Below are positions 1-12,015 of a DNA stretch of 64,000 nucleotides, piece after piece. The notes beneath the pieces were generated by a model. It was not told the origin of the DNA. It ran no database searches and saw only the letters and a list, made by a program, of their open reading frames with translations. Numbering within the stretch: the first letter of the stretch is position 1; each line of letters starts with the position of its first letter. This stretch comes from Mobula hypostoma (Eukaryota), in contig NC_086108.1 of NCBI RefSeq assembly GCF_963921235.1, forward strand, positions 96,846,001-96,910,000, read 5' to 3'. The translations under genes and the position numbers were made by a program.

Positions 1-273
1 CCTCTCCCAATTAAGCAGCATAGTTCTCCAAATAACTGATGGGAGTCATGGCTATTTTCTCCTATTAGTTTTTTGTTTTTTTTTTGAAAGTTGCCCCAAC
101 GAAGTGTCCACCTGATTACCCGTAATCCACTGTATCTAGATTTCCTATTTAGATAATAGTCTTTTATCACCAAATCCCCAAATAACCAAAATAATTTATC
201 TACTTACCATTTTAAAAAATTTTGAGGTGATATCAAATCAAAATTTTGATGCACTGTACAAATTCCTTTTGTA

Positions 274-1184
274 TAGTCGGCCCTCCTTATCCGCGAGTTC
301 CGCATGCGCGAATTCAACCAACCGCGAATCGAGAAAACCCGGAAGTGCTCTTCTAGCACTTGTTGTTCAAACATGTACAGACTATTTTCTTGTCATTATT
401 CCCTAAACAATGCAGTAAAACAACTATTTTACATAGCATTTACATTGTACAGTATTAGGTATTATAAGTAATCTAGAGATGATTTAAAGTATATGGGAGG
501 ATGTGCGTAGGTTATCGTGGATTGAGATCGGAAAAAAAACGGAAGTTCTCTTACTAAGTTGGAACAGGTACATCCAGTATTATTTAGAGTCCGTTAGTCG
601 AACGTTTGTTTTAGTACATAGTATATATTTTACCTTTCTATGCATATAAAACACTTAAGAAACGTATGTTTCAGTGCTGGGCCAGGGAACAGAAGTTCCC
701 GAGTTCGATCCAGTGACAGATCGCTCCTGAGCATGCTGTCCATCCCTGCCGGGTTGATGTGGAGGATCAAAAACCCAAAACCCCAAAACCCAATAATTAA
801 ACCACTGTGTTGCTTAGTAATAATTGTAGCTTTCATCGGGGCAGGGATTTTCTCACTTTATCCTTTAAAATTGTTCTGATCGTTGACCAACTGTAGCCTA
901 ACACTTTTCCAATGACCGATGGCGTTTCACCTCTTTCCGATCGCTTTATTATTTCCGCTTCATTTTTAAATTGCGATTGCGAATATTTTCGTGAACAGAA
1001 ACACTGTGGATTCAGAGCTCCACCACCGGGTCCTAATGCCCACCGCACTGATACAGGTTAAATAAGGTCCGGGGTTCCGCTGGGTCCTAAGGTCCAGGTT
1101 GTATAAGGGACTTGAACATCCATGTTTTTTGGTATCCACGAGGGGTCCCGGAACCAATCCCTCGCGGATAAGGAGGGCTGACTG
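274..1184 (-). mobile_element. Tigger/pogo (MER2-like) internally deleted DNA transposon with a remnant of the N-terminal HTH of the transposase
   Basis: 24-bp TIRs at 274-297 (TAGTCGGCCCTCCTTATCCGCGAG) and 1161-1184 (reverse complement CAGTCAGCCCTCCTTATCCGCGAG), 2 mismatches. TA on the left flank and CA on the right. The minus ORF 833-1048 contains EIIKRSERGETPSVIGKVLGYSWSTIRTILKDK, a CENP-B/psq-type HTH. Subterminal sequence resembles the recalled MER2 consensus. Confidence 0.8.
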
Positions 1185-1699
1185 CATTCCCCTTTTTTGT
1201 GGTTCTTACAAATAGCTTTGTCACCTTTTGCTGTTCTTTATTTCTCTTACAGTGCTTAAGATCTGTTCTTTGGTTTTGTGTGTTTCTTTTGACAGTTTTT
1301 ATTGTTTCCAGTGTGCTGTTCGTGATCCATTGATGTTTTGTTTTTGGAAAATAGAGCTTTTGTTACTTTGGGATTTCACCCAATTCTGTATTAAAATGTT
1401 TTTTTAATATCTCCCTCTAAAGGATTTGCTCAGTTTATTTATCATACAGAAGTCAACTTTTGTCAAAGTGAAGAATAGCAGTAAAAGATTCCTCCTTTTG
1501 AATACTTTTAAAGTTCATTCTTCAGGATGTGGAGCTGTCAGAACCATCATTTGTAGCTCCCCTGTTGCTCTTTATAATATAGTGATAAGTTTGCTCAAAC
1601 CTCCACAATACTATTGGTTAGGGAGTTCTGACTTTTAGACTGAGAGATGCTGAAATATTAGTAATATCTTTGTAAATCAGGATGTGTATGAGTTGGTAA

Positions 1700-1960
1700 A
1701 AACACCTTTGGTGATGATGTTCCTATGTGCCTAATAGAGGTTGTATGTTTGGGAGGTGCTGTCTGGGTTGCCTAACTGAGTAATTGGAATGCTCTGTATT
1801 GATGCTGAACAGTGTAGTCTTGTTTTATTGGTAGTGGAGGCAATGAATATTTAGGGTGACGATTGTGGTGCCAATTAAGCAGGCTGTTTTGTAGTGGATG
1901 TTGTTAAGCATATTGAGTGCACTCATTGAGGCACAGTGGGTAATATTCCAGCATGGACCT
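1700..1960 (-). mobile_element. Highly degenerate CR1/Jockey-group LINE 3' fragment
   Basis: The minus-strand peptide LNNIHYKTACLIGTTIVTLNIHCLH resembles the post-RT LDTIQDKAARLIGT..LNIHSLHH motif of fish CR1-group LINEs. Confidence 0.45.
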
Positions 1961-2837
1961 GACTTTTGAGTTTCCAGAAGTGAAGAGGCTACATAATACA
2001 CTACTATGTCACCCCAAAGGGACCAGAGGAAAGGAATCAAAATCAGATTTATCATCACTAACTTGTATGATGTGAAATTTGTTATTTTGCTGCAGCAGTA
2101 CAGTGCAAAGAGGGGCAAGTATGATAGTGATTTGTCATGGAGACTCAGCCTCTGACCTGTTCTTTCCAATGTGGTCTTTATGGATGATCCAGTTGAGATT
2201 CCATGGCAAGGGCCAATGATTGACAGAGGTTAGCAGTTAAATTGTCTTGTTGGAAATGGCCATTGGCTGGTAGTTTGTATTGCAATTTTACATGCCACTT
2301 AATATTCCATGCCTGAATGCTGTCAAATTCTTGCTGTATGTAGCTATAGTTATTGAATTAGTTCATTGGATGATAGTTAATCGATATATGTTCAAATACC
2401 ATTTATCTAATAACTATCATCCAATTGGCTCTCCACATGAAAACAGATTTTAGTAATTTCACTTAAACTTTCTCAGTTGAAATCTTTCTCGTGTACAATT
2501 GTCAAACTTGTGAAATGTTTATATAAAGAATGCTTTTTAACAGATTGAGCTTGCGCTTCTACTTTATTCTTGGCTGTAGCATAGTGAGCCCCATAAAGAG
2601 CAAGATTAGCTTTATAAATATGAAAGATTAAAACATGAGAAAAATCTACAGATGCTGGAAATTCAAGCAACACACACAAAATGCTGGTGAAACGCAGCAG
2701 GCCTTACAGCTAGTGATGGGAATTGAACTCCGAATAGTGATTGCTGGTGCTGCAAAGTGATTGCGCTAACCACTACACTACCATGCTGCCTTATACACTA
2801 CTATGTCACCCCAAAGACCAAAGGGGACCAGAGAAAA

Positions 2838-3625
2838 AGAATCAAAATCAGATTTATTATCACTAACTTACATGATGTGAAATTTGTTATTTTGCTGCAG
2901 CAGTACAGCGCAAATATATAAAATTGCCACATTTTAATAAATAAATAATGCAAAAAAAAAACAAAATAGTATTCCTGTACCATTCAGAAATCAGATGGCA
3001 AAGGGAGAGAAGCTATTTCTGAGTCATTGTGTAGGTTTTCAGGCTCCTGTTTCTGCTTGCAATGGTAGTAATGAGAAGAGCATATCCCAGATGGTGAGCA
3101 TTCTTAGTGATGGTTGTTGCCTTCTTGAGGAATTTTGAAGATGTTCTCATTGGTGGACAGGTTATGCCTGTGATGGAACTGGCTGAGTCTACAACTTTCC
3201 GTAGGTTCTTGTGATCCTGTGCGTCAGACCCCCCACAGCAGGCTATGATGCAACCAGTTAGAATGTCCTTTACTGTATATTTACAGACATTTGGAAGAGT
3301 CTTTGTTGATTTACCGAATTTCTTCATACTCCGAATGTGTTGTCTTTGTGATTGCATCAATTTGTCAGTCCTAGGATAGATTGCCTGAGATGTTGACACC
3401 CAGGAACTGGAAGCTGAGCACCTTTTCCACTACTGACTCATCAGTGAGGTCTGGTGTATGTTTTCCCAGCTTACCCTTCCTGAAGTCCACAATCAACACC
3501 TTGGTCTTGGTGAAATTGTGGGCAGGGTTGTTGTCGCAAATGTGCTCAGTCAGCTAATCTGTGCACTTACTCTCATTGCTACCTGAGATTCTACGAATAA
3601 CAGTGGTGTCGTCGGCAAATTTACT
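2838..3625 (-). mobile_element. Rex1/Babar-type LINE, 5'-truncated and degenerate
   Basis: KFADD is encoded at ~3608-3622 (minus). ORF 3013-3399 carries ILTGCIIACCGG..LRKVVDSASSITG, typical of the Rex1 C-terminus. The 3' tail lies near 2840. Confidence 0.75.
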
Positions 3626-3934
3626 GAGTAATAATCTAATCTAGGTAGGGTAGAAGATAGTGACATATATTTGGAGGGAGGATAAGAGTTCTTCATTAAG
3701 GTTGATCAGCTTCATTGATGAAGTTATCTGCACCCTTATGTAAACAATTCGTGGTTACTTCCTTTTTAAATTTTGAAGTTGAAATTTTACTAATTTAGTG
3801 AAATAGCTAAAACTGCTGGGAAAAGTCAGTATATCTTATTAATAGCAGAAAATGATTTTGAAGAGGCTTCTTAAGTTTAAAGTTTGATGCTTTATTTTGA
3901 TAAAGCACATCATGTGTTTGATGCACATGAGGCT

Positions 3935-5050
3935 GCTTATCCACACGAGGCTACCAAGTTAAGAGACCATGGTATTACAGGAAAATTACTGGCTGATTGA
4001 CAGGAGACAGTGAGTGGGAATAAAAACATCCTTTTCTGGTTGGCTGCTAGTGACTAGCAGTACTCCGCAGGGGTTGATGTTGGGATTGCTTTTAATGCTA
4101 TATATCAATGATTTGGACGATAGAAGAGATTGCTTTGTTGCCAAGTTTGCAGATGATATAAAGATTGGTGGAGACGCAGGTTGTGCTGAGGAAACAGGTA
4201 GGCTGCAGGAGGTCTTAGATTATGAGAATGGGCAAAAAAGTAGCAAATGAAATGCAATGTAACTGCAGGTCATGCACTTTGGTAGAAGAAATAAATCTAT
4301 TTTCTAAACGGGGAGAAAATCCAAAAATCTGAGATGCAAAGGGACTTGGGAATCCTTGTGCAGAACATCCTAAAGGTTAACGTGCAGGTAGTCAGTGGTG
4401 AGGAAGGCAACTGCAATGTCAGCATTCATTTCAAGAAGTCGAGTATATAAAAGCAGGGATGTGATGCTAAGGCTTTATGAGGCACTGGTGAGGCCTCACT
4501 TTGAGTATTGTCATCAATTTTGGGCACCTCATCTTAGAAATAATGTGTTAGCATTGGAGAGGGTTCAGAAGGAAGTTCACATGGATGATTCTGGGAATGA
4601 AAGGGTTATCATATGAGGAATGTTTGACCCTGTACTTGCTGGAATTTAGAAGGATGAGGGGGGATCTTATCAAAACCTTTCGAATATTGAAAGGCTTATA
4701 CAGAGTAGATGTGGAAAGGATGTTTCCCATAGTGGGGGAGTCTAGGAGAAGAGGGCACAGCCTCAGGTTAGAGAGGCATCCATTTAAAACAGATGCGGAG
4801 AAACTTCTTTAGCCGAATGGTGGTGAATTTGTGGTATTTATTAGCACAGGCAGCTGAGGAGGCCAGGTCTTTCAGTGTATTTAAGGCAGAGATTGAAAGG
4901 TTCTTGATTGGATATGGCATCAAAGGTTACGCAGAGAAGGCTGAGGAGTGGGGCTGAGGAGGAGAGAGAAGGATCAGCCATGATTGAATGGTGGAGCAGA
5001 CTCGATGGGCCAAATGGCCTAATTCTACTCCTATGTCATGGTCTATGGTG
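3935..5050 (+). mobile_element. CR1 LINE, 5'-truncated and frameshifted
   Basis: Peptides PQGLMLG, YINDLD, KFADD, LYEALVRPHFEYC and RRMRGDLIKTF across ORFs 4014, 4395 and 4585. CR1 3' UTR and tail (GGCCTAATTCTACTCCTATGTCATGGTCTATGG). Confidence 0.9.
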
Positions 5051-5454
5051 TTTTGGGTTGTTTATTTTTGTTGTAATATTCAGACAAAAGACTAAAGTCT
5101 GGAAGTATTGAATTTGTTTCTTCATGGCTGCTGCCTGACATGTTAATAACACTGGACAGCAAGTTTCTTTTGAAAATGTTGCTTCCTTAGAATTTTTTTT
5201 GTGGTAATTTCAGTTAGCATCCGCAGTATTTTACTTTTGAGTTATAATATAGAACAACTTTCGTAACAATTGATTTTTTACTTGGCGAATATATTTGGCA
5301 TCTATGCATCTTCAAACATGTTTTTATATGACTGTGAGATAGGACAGAGTTTATTTCCTAAAATACTTTAATAGTTTAGTTTCATCAGATTATAATTGCT
5401 AGCTTTTACCCTCACCTGAAGGGACAAACCATTATATTGTTCTATTGTCTTGCT

Positions 5455-5640
5455 GAAAATCCAGAGCAGCGCACAACTCAGCAGGTTAGACAGCATCTAT
5501 GGAGAGGAATAAAGAGTTGATGTTTTGGGACAAGGCCCTCTGAAGAGTTCTTTGAAGGGTCATGGCCTGAAACATCGGCTCTGTATTCCTCTCCATAGAT
5601 GCTGCCTGACCTGCTGAGTTGCTCCAGCACTTTGCGTACT
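5455..5640. mobile_element. Palindromic Penelope-terminus-derived short repeat (degenerate)
   Basis: Inverted arms ACTCAGCAGG..GCATCTATGGAGAGGAATA and TATTCCTCTCCATAGATGC..CCTGCTGAGT. Same family as the end of the PLE at 33346. Confidence 0.7.
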
Positions 5641-7429
5641 TCTATTGTCACATTGGAGGTTTGATGTGCAAGAATTTTGCACGAAGCATCCAAATCTTTT
5701 TAATCCTTTTGAAGTTAGGATGGCTGAATTTGAGTTATTTTGCAACTGTCCAGAAATTGTATTCATTTTTTTTTACCTTAAGTGCATTTCTAACTTGTTG
5801 ATGTCGTGTTCCGGAACACTTGATGATCAAGCAGAAATTTTCTGACTTTTCAGCCCAGTCTTGCAGGCACCCTTTGCATCACTTTACAGGATTAGTCACA
5901 GTGTGGTGCAGCAGATTTACCAGAGAGGTTGCATTAGAACTCTGAAAAAGACAGCAATTAGAAATGAATTGCAAGTTTGGCATCCCCATAACCAGTTAAA
6001 CTAAATGTAGAGATCATTCTACCAAACAAGACATTGGCTGCTCTATATTTGGAAGAGTACAGGGTGTCTAACCTGTAATCCCAGGTAATTAAAGATGTCA
6101 CTGTTATTGCATCAGTATAGCCAGTAGCCCTAATTATAAATGGGGTTAAAAATTCTGGAAATGTGTAATTAAAAATGTAATTTGGCAAGTTCACCTTGCA
6201 GCCGTGGCCCAAGGAAGTCGATATTGGTAAGTGAGCAGTTTAAGGGTTAGATTCGGAGTTCTGCATTTATTGAAATTATTTACCTAAATTAATTCATATT
6301 TTGCCTAATATTTTATTTGTATGCCTTTCAGTACAGACTAAATCAAAACAATGTGAGGTAAATTTCAGTGAAAACACCAGCCTGTGGATGGCAGCATTTC
6401 ATCACAATTGACAAGATAGGTCCTGCAGGATTTTGACATAAATCACGGAATAAGAAGCTCAGTTTGTAAAATTGAAAATAGATTTTTATTTAATCATTGG
6501 AATGAGGAAGTAATCATTTTATATGGCTACCGTCTGTGTTTACAGTTATAAGACTTTAAAAAATTAATTTGTTTGTTCTTAAAATTGGCAAATTCGACGA
6601 TTTGTGGTGGTGTTAGTTGGAATACTGATCTGAGACAGATGGGATTAAAGTCTCTCTAAGGGTTCTAAATGAAATGTGTTTGGGCAGCCCATACCCAATT
6701 CCCAACAGATGAAGACCAAAACACCATTACAGTTCACAGTTGGCACAAAACTGAATAAATCTGGCAAGTTTATGAAAATGTGTTTTTAAATAAATGTCAT
6801 TGAAACAACAGAAGTTGTGGCCATAATATTTACAATTTGTTTGCTGTGAAATAACTATGTGATACTTGCAGCAGAAAATTAACGTGTTTTTGTGAATTTA
6901 CTGTTAATAATAGTGACATCTAGTGATGTAAATTCTAACTAGGTACCAAAACCAAAAAGAAAAGATGACCACTAGATGGTGCTGATAATGCCTTGGTTTC
7001 TGATCATAGGATCTGTTTTAAGTCAGAGTACTCAGAACATGATATGAAGCTGATTTCACTATATTGGCTGTATGGTATTCAGAGGTCATTTTTTCACAAT
7101 ACTACTGCTGTTGTCATTCTCTCTGATACGTCTGTTTTTGTCACTTTTGACTTTATCACTCATGTTGACAATTCAGCCAGGTTTTCCTGCTTTGGTAAAG
7201 CAACTCCTCAGCAGACTCTTTAGAAAGGAGTATAATTGCATCAAAATTACTTTATCCATTGGTCTTCGTAGCTTCTGGTTTGTGTTGGTGATAAACTTTG
7301 AAATCGTCAATGAAGGACCAGGAAGGACCCCTCAAATGGAAGTTAACTGTCAATGTGATATGGTAACTTGCATTGTTCAAACTTGTGTGAGAATAATTGC
7401 CACCTTATAAGATGGTGAAGGATGCAGAT

Positions 7430-7668
7430 GTGCCAGTACTTTTGTACAATGATATAGCACCATGACAGGCCTTTCCAGCCCAGTGATCCCACACCACGTG
7501 TGTGACCAATTAACCGACCAACCTGTATGGCTTTGAGATGTGGGAGGAAATCTGAGCACCTGGAAAATGCCCACGCAGTAACGGCCTAATTTTCAAACTT
7601 ACAGGCAGCACAGAACGGAACCTGGATCGCTGGTAATGTAATAGTGTTATGCTAACTACCATGCCACC
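7430..7668 (-). mobile_element. tRNA-derived SINE (HE1/V-SINE-like), degenerate
   Basis: The minus strand begins GGTGGCATGGTAG (A-box-like). The body TGTGGGAGGAAATCTGAGCACCTGGA..CCCACGCAG matches the other copies at 39865, 41720 and 42790. Confidence 0.55.
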
Positions 7669-7676
7669 CTCCAGCA

Positions 7677-7727
7677 CAGGGGTTCTCAGCCTGGGGTCCA
7701 TGGCATCAAAAAGGTGGGGAACTTCTG
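7677..7727. mobile_element. Miniature hAT/Charlie-type MITE
   Basis: CAGGGGTTCTCA...GAACTTCTG termini. 8-bp TSD CTCCAGCA (7669-7676) / CTCTAGCA (7728-7735). Confidence 0.6.
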
Positions 7728-8041
7728 CTCTAGCAGGATGTTCAAGACATTAGAAAATAGAAAACTGGAGAAAGGTGTGTGATTTTACAACCTACTTTAA
7801 TTTCAACTGTAGTTCCTTATATAATTAACATAAATTTGAAAGCTGGTGCAGATCAATTTAAATATATTTTCTCGCTTAGATTTCTTCATGCCTCAGCAAA
7901 TTTATCTTTTGAGTGCACAAAGAATGTTCAAAAGATTGATAACTGTCTCTTCTGTGTTATTTTGAATTAGATTAAAGGGACACAGTAATTGGACTAAGTT
8001 GACTTGGGTGCAGAGAGAAGTAAGATGAATCAGTCTTCGGG

Positions 8042-8888
8042 ATAGAACATAGAAAACCTACAGCACAGTACAGGCCCTTCGGCCCACAATGCTGTGCCGA
8101 ACATGTATTCACTTTAGAAATTACCCATAGCCCTCTATTTTTCTAAGCTCCATGTACCTATCCAGGAGTCTCTTAAAAGGCCCTATCGTATCGACCTCCA
8201 CCACCGTCGCTGGCGGCCCATTCCATGCACTCACAACTCTCTCTGCATTTAAAAAAAACAACCAACAACTTACCCCTGATATCTCCTCTACCTACTTCCA
8301 AGCACCTTAAAACTCTGTCCTCTTGTGTTAGCCATTTCAGCCCTGGGAAAATGCCTCTGACTATCCACATGATCAATGCCTGTCATCATCTTATACACCT
8401 CTATCAGGTCACCTCTCATCCTACATCGCTCCAAGGAGAAAAGGCAAGTTCACACAACCTATTCTCATAAAGCATGCTCGCCAATCCAGGCAACATTCTT
8501 GTAAATCTCCTCTGTACCTTTCTATAGTTTCCACATCCTTCCTGTAGTGATGTGACTAGAACTGAGTGCAGTCCTCCAAGTGAGGTCTGACCAGGGTCCT
8601 ATATAACTGTAATACAGTATTACCTCTCAGCTCTTGAGCTCAATCCCACGGTTGATGAAGGCCAATGCACCGTATGCCTTCTTAACCACAGAGTCAACCT
8701 GTGCAGCAGGTTTGAGTGTCCTTTGGACTCGGACCAAGATCCCTCTGATCCTCCACACTGCCAAGAGTCTTGCCATTAATACTATACTCTGCCATCGTAT
8801 TTGACCTACCAAAATGAACCACCTCACACCTATCTGGGTTGAACTCCATCTGCCACTTCTCAGCCCAGTTTTGCATCCTATTGATGTC
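8042..8888 (-). mobile_element. CR1 LINE 3' fragment
   Basis: Minus peptides WAEKWQMEFNPDRCEVVHFG and VVKKAYGALAFINRGIE. ATAGAACATAGAA tail at 8042. Confidence 0.9.
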
Positions 8889-10619
8889 TCAGGGATGTTG
8901 GAGGGAACCAGACCACCATAGTTAAAGACAAATAGGCAAACTCTACGCCTGGGCCATTGGAGTTATAAGGGGCAGATGTAATAACAACACTGTGTTATCC
9001 ATGAAGGAACTTGAAAAATGTGGGGTACTTCCCACATAGCAGGAGCCATTTCTTGGTGAAAGCAAGCATTATGATGAAATTCATTGCCTTAATAGGCCAG
9101 CACAGCATTTGGTCATTTGAATGAAAGGTTATTTGAAAATCAAATCTTATATCTGGTACAAACTTATATACTGTCTAACAGTAGTAATCCCTGCTCTTCT
9201 GTTTGCTTCTAAGATCAGGTTTACCTACAGAAGGCTTCTTGCAACACTAGAAAGATACCACTGATAAAGTCTCTGCAAAATACAGCAAATTCACTGTAAG
9301 AGTAAGTGTCACTGAGGCCAGCTTCCATAATATCAAGACCATAGAGAAGGCCATATTGCTTGCATGACAAACAGTAGTCTCCTGAAACCAGTACTCATAT
9401 TACAAGCTCCACCATGGGAACAGATTATCAGATTGACAACAGAAAAATGCAAGGCCTCTTGATGAAGACCCCTGAGAACCCCTGAGACATGATTGCGTAG
9501 AAGAAGCATTTGAGTTGGAATTGAAAATTGAATTTGTGCAGAGGTCCATGAGTACATATTGGAAGTAGCACACCACTATATAGTCCTATCAGATATCTCT
9601 TGCTCCATCTGGGGAAGAGCCTGTTCCCACTTTGTCCTCATTAGCTGCCTCAGAGCAGGAGTTGAGGAAGACTACCCTTGTTCTCAAGGAACTGCCTGAG
9701 ATGGTGTACTGATCCCCATAATTGAATAGCTTGAAAATGTTCATTCTTAAGATTTGCAGGTGAATAATTAGTATGTCAGTGAGGTGATGAAGGGCACCCC
9801 TAAGCCATTATTCTACAGAGGTAGTCAACACCTTTAGAAAAGAAGAAAGTTGAGAAAATATAATTATATACATTATTTGCTCATTGTAACAGAACATTTG
9901 TTAAAACCCAATTTGGTAACTGACTAACTCTTTTAAATGAGACATTATTATGATCTTTTCTTTTTCCTATCACACATTGCACAGTGGTTATTGCTTGAAC
10001 TTTTCAGTTCTTAATTTTGGTTTGGTTCAGAGAGTGTTATCATGGTTTCTAAAATAAATTGCGTCTGGTTTATGCTAATAACAAAGTAATAACAAACTAA
10101 TAATAAAAATGCTGGCTGTTTACACCTATTGTAGAATAATCATTGTAGAAAATACTCATTTTAAAAGCAGCATTGTTAAATCAAAGTGCGTGGTTGTCAT
10201 GATACAACACAGTGGAGAATAAAACATCTTTTTAAAGTCAATCTGTTTGGATGTATTTTCAGTTATAGGCAATAAATAGTAAAATTGAAGTCTGAACAAT
10301 GTCATAATTAAGTACAGATTACATTGCCATCTTGATCTGTAGGTATATCTTGTGGTACAATCAGCTGACTTTGTTATTTTTGGCAGGTATAACAGAACTA
10401 GATGCTTGTTTGCTTATAATATCAAACATTGTTAACAATGTTGTTATTTCAATATTATCTTGCATAAGCTGAGCAATTAAATGTTTTGCTCTTACTTTGA
10501 TAGAAGAAGCAAGCAGTTTGCATTACACCCGCAAAAAGAGAAAAGTTAACTCCACAATGCCGCCATTTAAGGATATTCATCCTGTTGCATAAGAAATCAG
10601 TTCAATGCGGGTTGAGTAG

Positions 10620-10896
10620 CATATACAAAAATTGCTGGAGGAGCTCGCCAGGTCATGCAGCTCTATGGAAAGCAATAAGCTGTCAATGTTTCGGGCCGAG
10701 ACCCTTTATCAGGGCTGGAAAGGAAGGGTGAAGAAGCCAAGATCTTCCCCCTTCTTTTCCAGTGCTAATGAGGGGTCTCGGCGCAAAGCATTGCCTGTTT
10801 ATTCATTTCCATGGATGCTGCTTGACCTGCTGAGTTCCTCCAGCATTTTGCATGTGTTGTTCTGGATTTCCAGCATCTGCAGAATCTCTTGTGTTT
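10620..10896. mobile_element. Palindromic Penelope-terminus-derived short repeat (degenerate)
   Basis: Inverted arms GCTGGAGGAGCTCGCCAGGTCA..ATGGAAA and TTTCCATGGATGCTGCTTGACCTGCTGAGTTCCTCCAGC. Confidence 0.7.
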
Positions 10897-11974
10897 AAAT
10901 GTGGCTTGAAGCATGACATTCTTTGAAGCAGGTTTTCTTATAGAACAATGAAATAAGAACTTGCTCAAACCTCAAAAATTTGAGTGTCAGAATAAAATGG
11001 AGGAATAGAAAATGCTTGGGAACCTATGCAATAAATGTAATTATATTTGTTAATATTGCTTAAAGCTGTTGTGCATTTCTAAAATGGTATTGGTCGCGTT
11101 AAATAGTGATGCAAAGATGCGTTTCTGATATTATTTACTTTTAAATTATTCTGTTGATTGGCAGTTATTTATTTTGGGTCATATTTCTTTATATTTTTTT
11201 TCTCTTTAAATTATTTTCCAACAAATTAATGGCTTCCTGAAGAATTAATTTCTTTCAATGCAACTTGGCTTTGCTTTGCTTTCATTCTCTATGTCTGATT
11301 CTTTATTGATGTTTTTTAAACTAAGAAAGTAAGATTTATTTGCAGCTTCTTAATATCTATTACTTGATGGCTTACGTTGAGTGGGGATGGGCCATTGCTG
11401 TACCAGTAATAAGTGCTTTCTTACAATAGCATGCTTTACCATTGAGGCCAAGGCCACTGGAGGAAAACTAACTTTAAATGTCAGTCATTGCTAACATTCA
11501 AACAAAGCTGGCATTGAATAACATTTCAGCATTCTATCTTGGAGACAATGCACTAATGTGAACTAAGATTTCTAAATTACCTATTTTTGCGAATAAAATT
11601 GATAATAAAAACTATATGTCAAAATTAATGACAACTACTGTCTTGAACTATCATAAAAATTGAATCCAGAAAAATTCTTACATACCCTTTTCTGTATTTT
11701 TTTTTGTATGTATTTTGTTGGCGTTATCTTTGTTTTCAACTTTTTAACTATCTTTTGTTGCAGGTACTTGTAAACAGTGATTACGATCCTAAATATGAAA
11801 TGTATGAACAACATAGTTTGGTGTTTTGCCTAATTTTGAAAACCTATAATAAATTAAATAGATTAAAAAGTTATGCAGGGTATTGTTGGAAATGATGTGA
11901 ATTTGTGTATTTTTTTAAATAGAATTTGAGACCAATATTGTCGGAGTTTAGATCCTTTGGCCTCCAGCTGCACC

Positions 11975-12015
11975 ATGGCTTTGAAAGACACAGATGGGGC
12001 TGAGGAGTGTAAGGA
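11975..12015 (+). CDS. ZNF644: Probable first coding exon of ZNF644 (exon ~11923-12015; MALKDTDGAEECK+GA)
   Basis: T-rich acceptor ending AG at 11921-11922. Strong Kozak context GCACCATGG at 11975. Donor GA|GTAAGT at 12016. The 41 coding nt (phase 2) fit the phase-2 start of the large exon at 46533. Mammalian ZNF644 also has a short first coding exon before a giant exon (recalled). Confidence 0.65.

Noticed and set aside
9345..9560. Possible very old RTE LINE fragment
   Set aside because: The resemblance (GHIACM..LLKPVL) is too decayed to call without a profile search.
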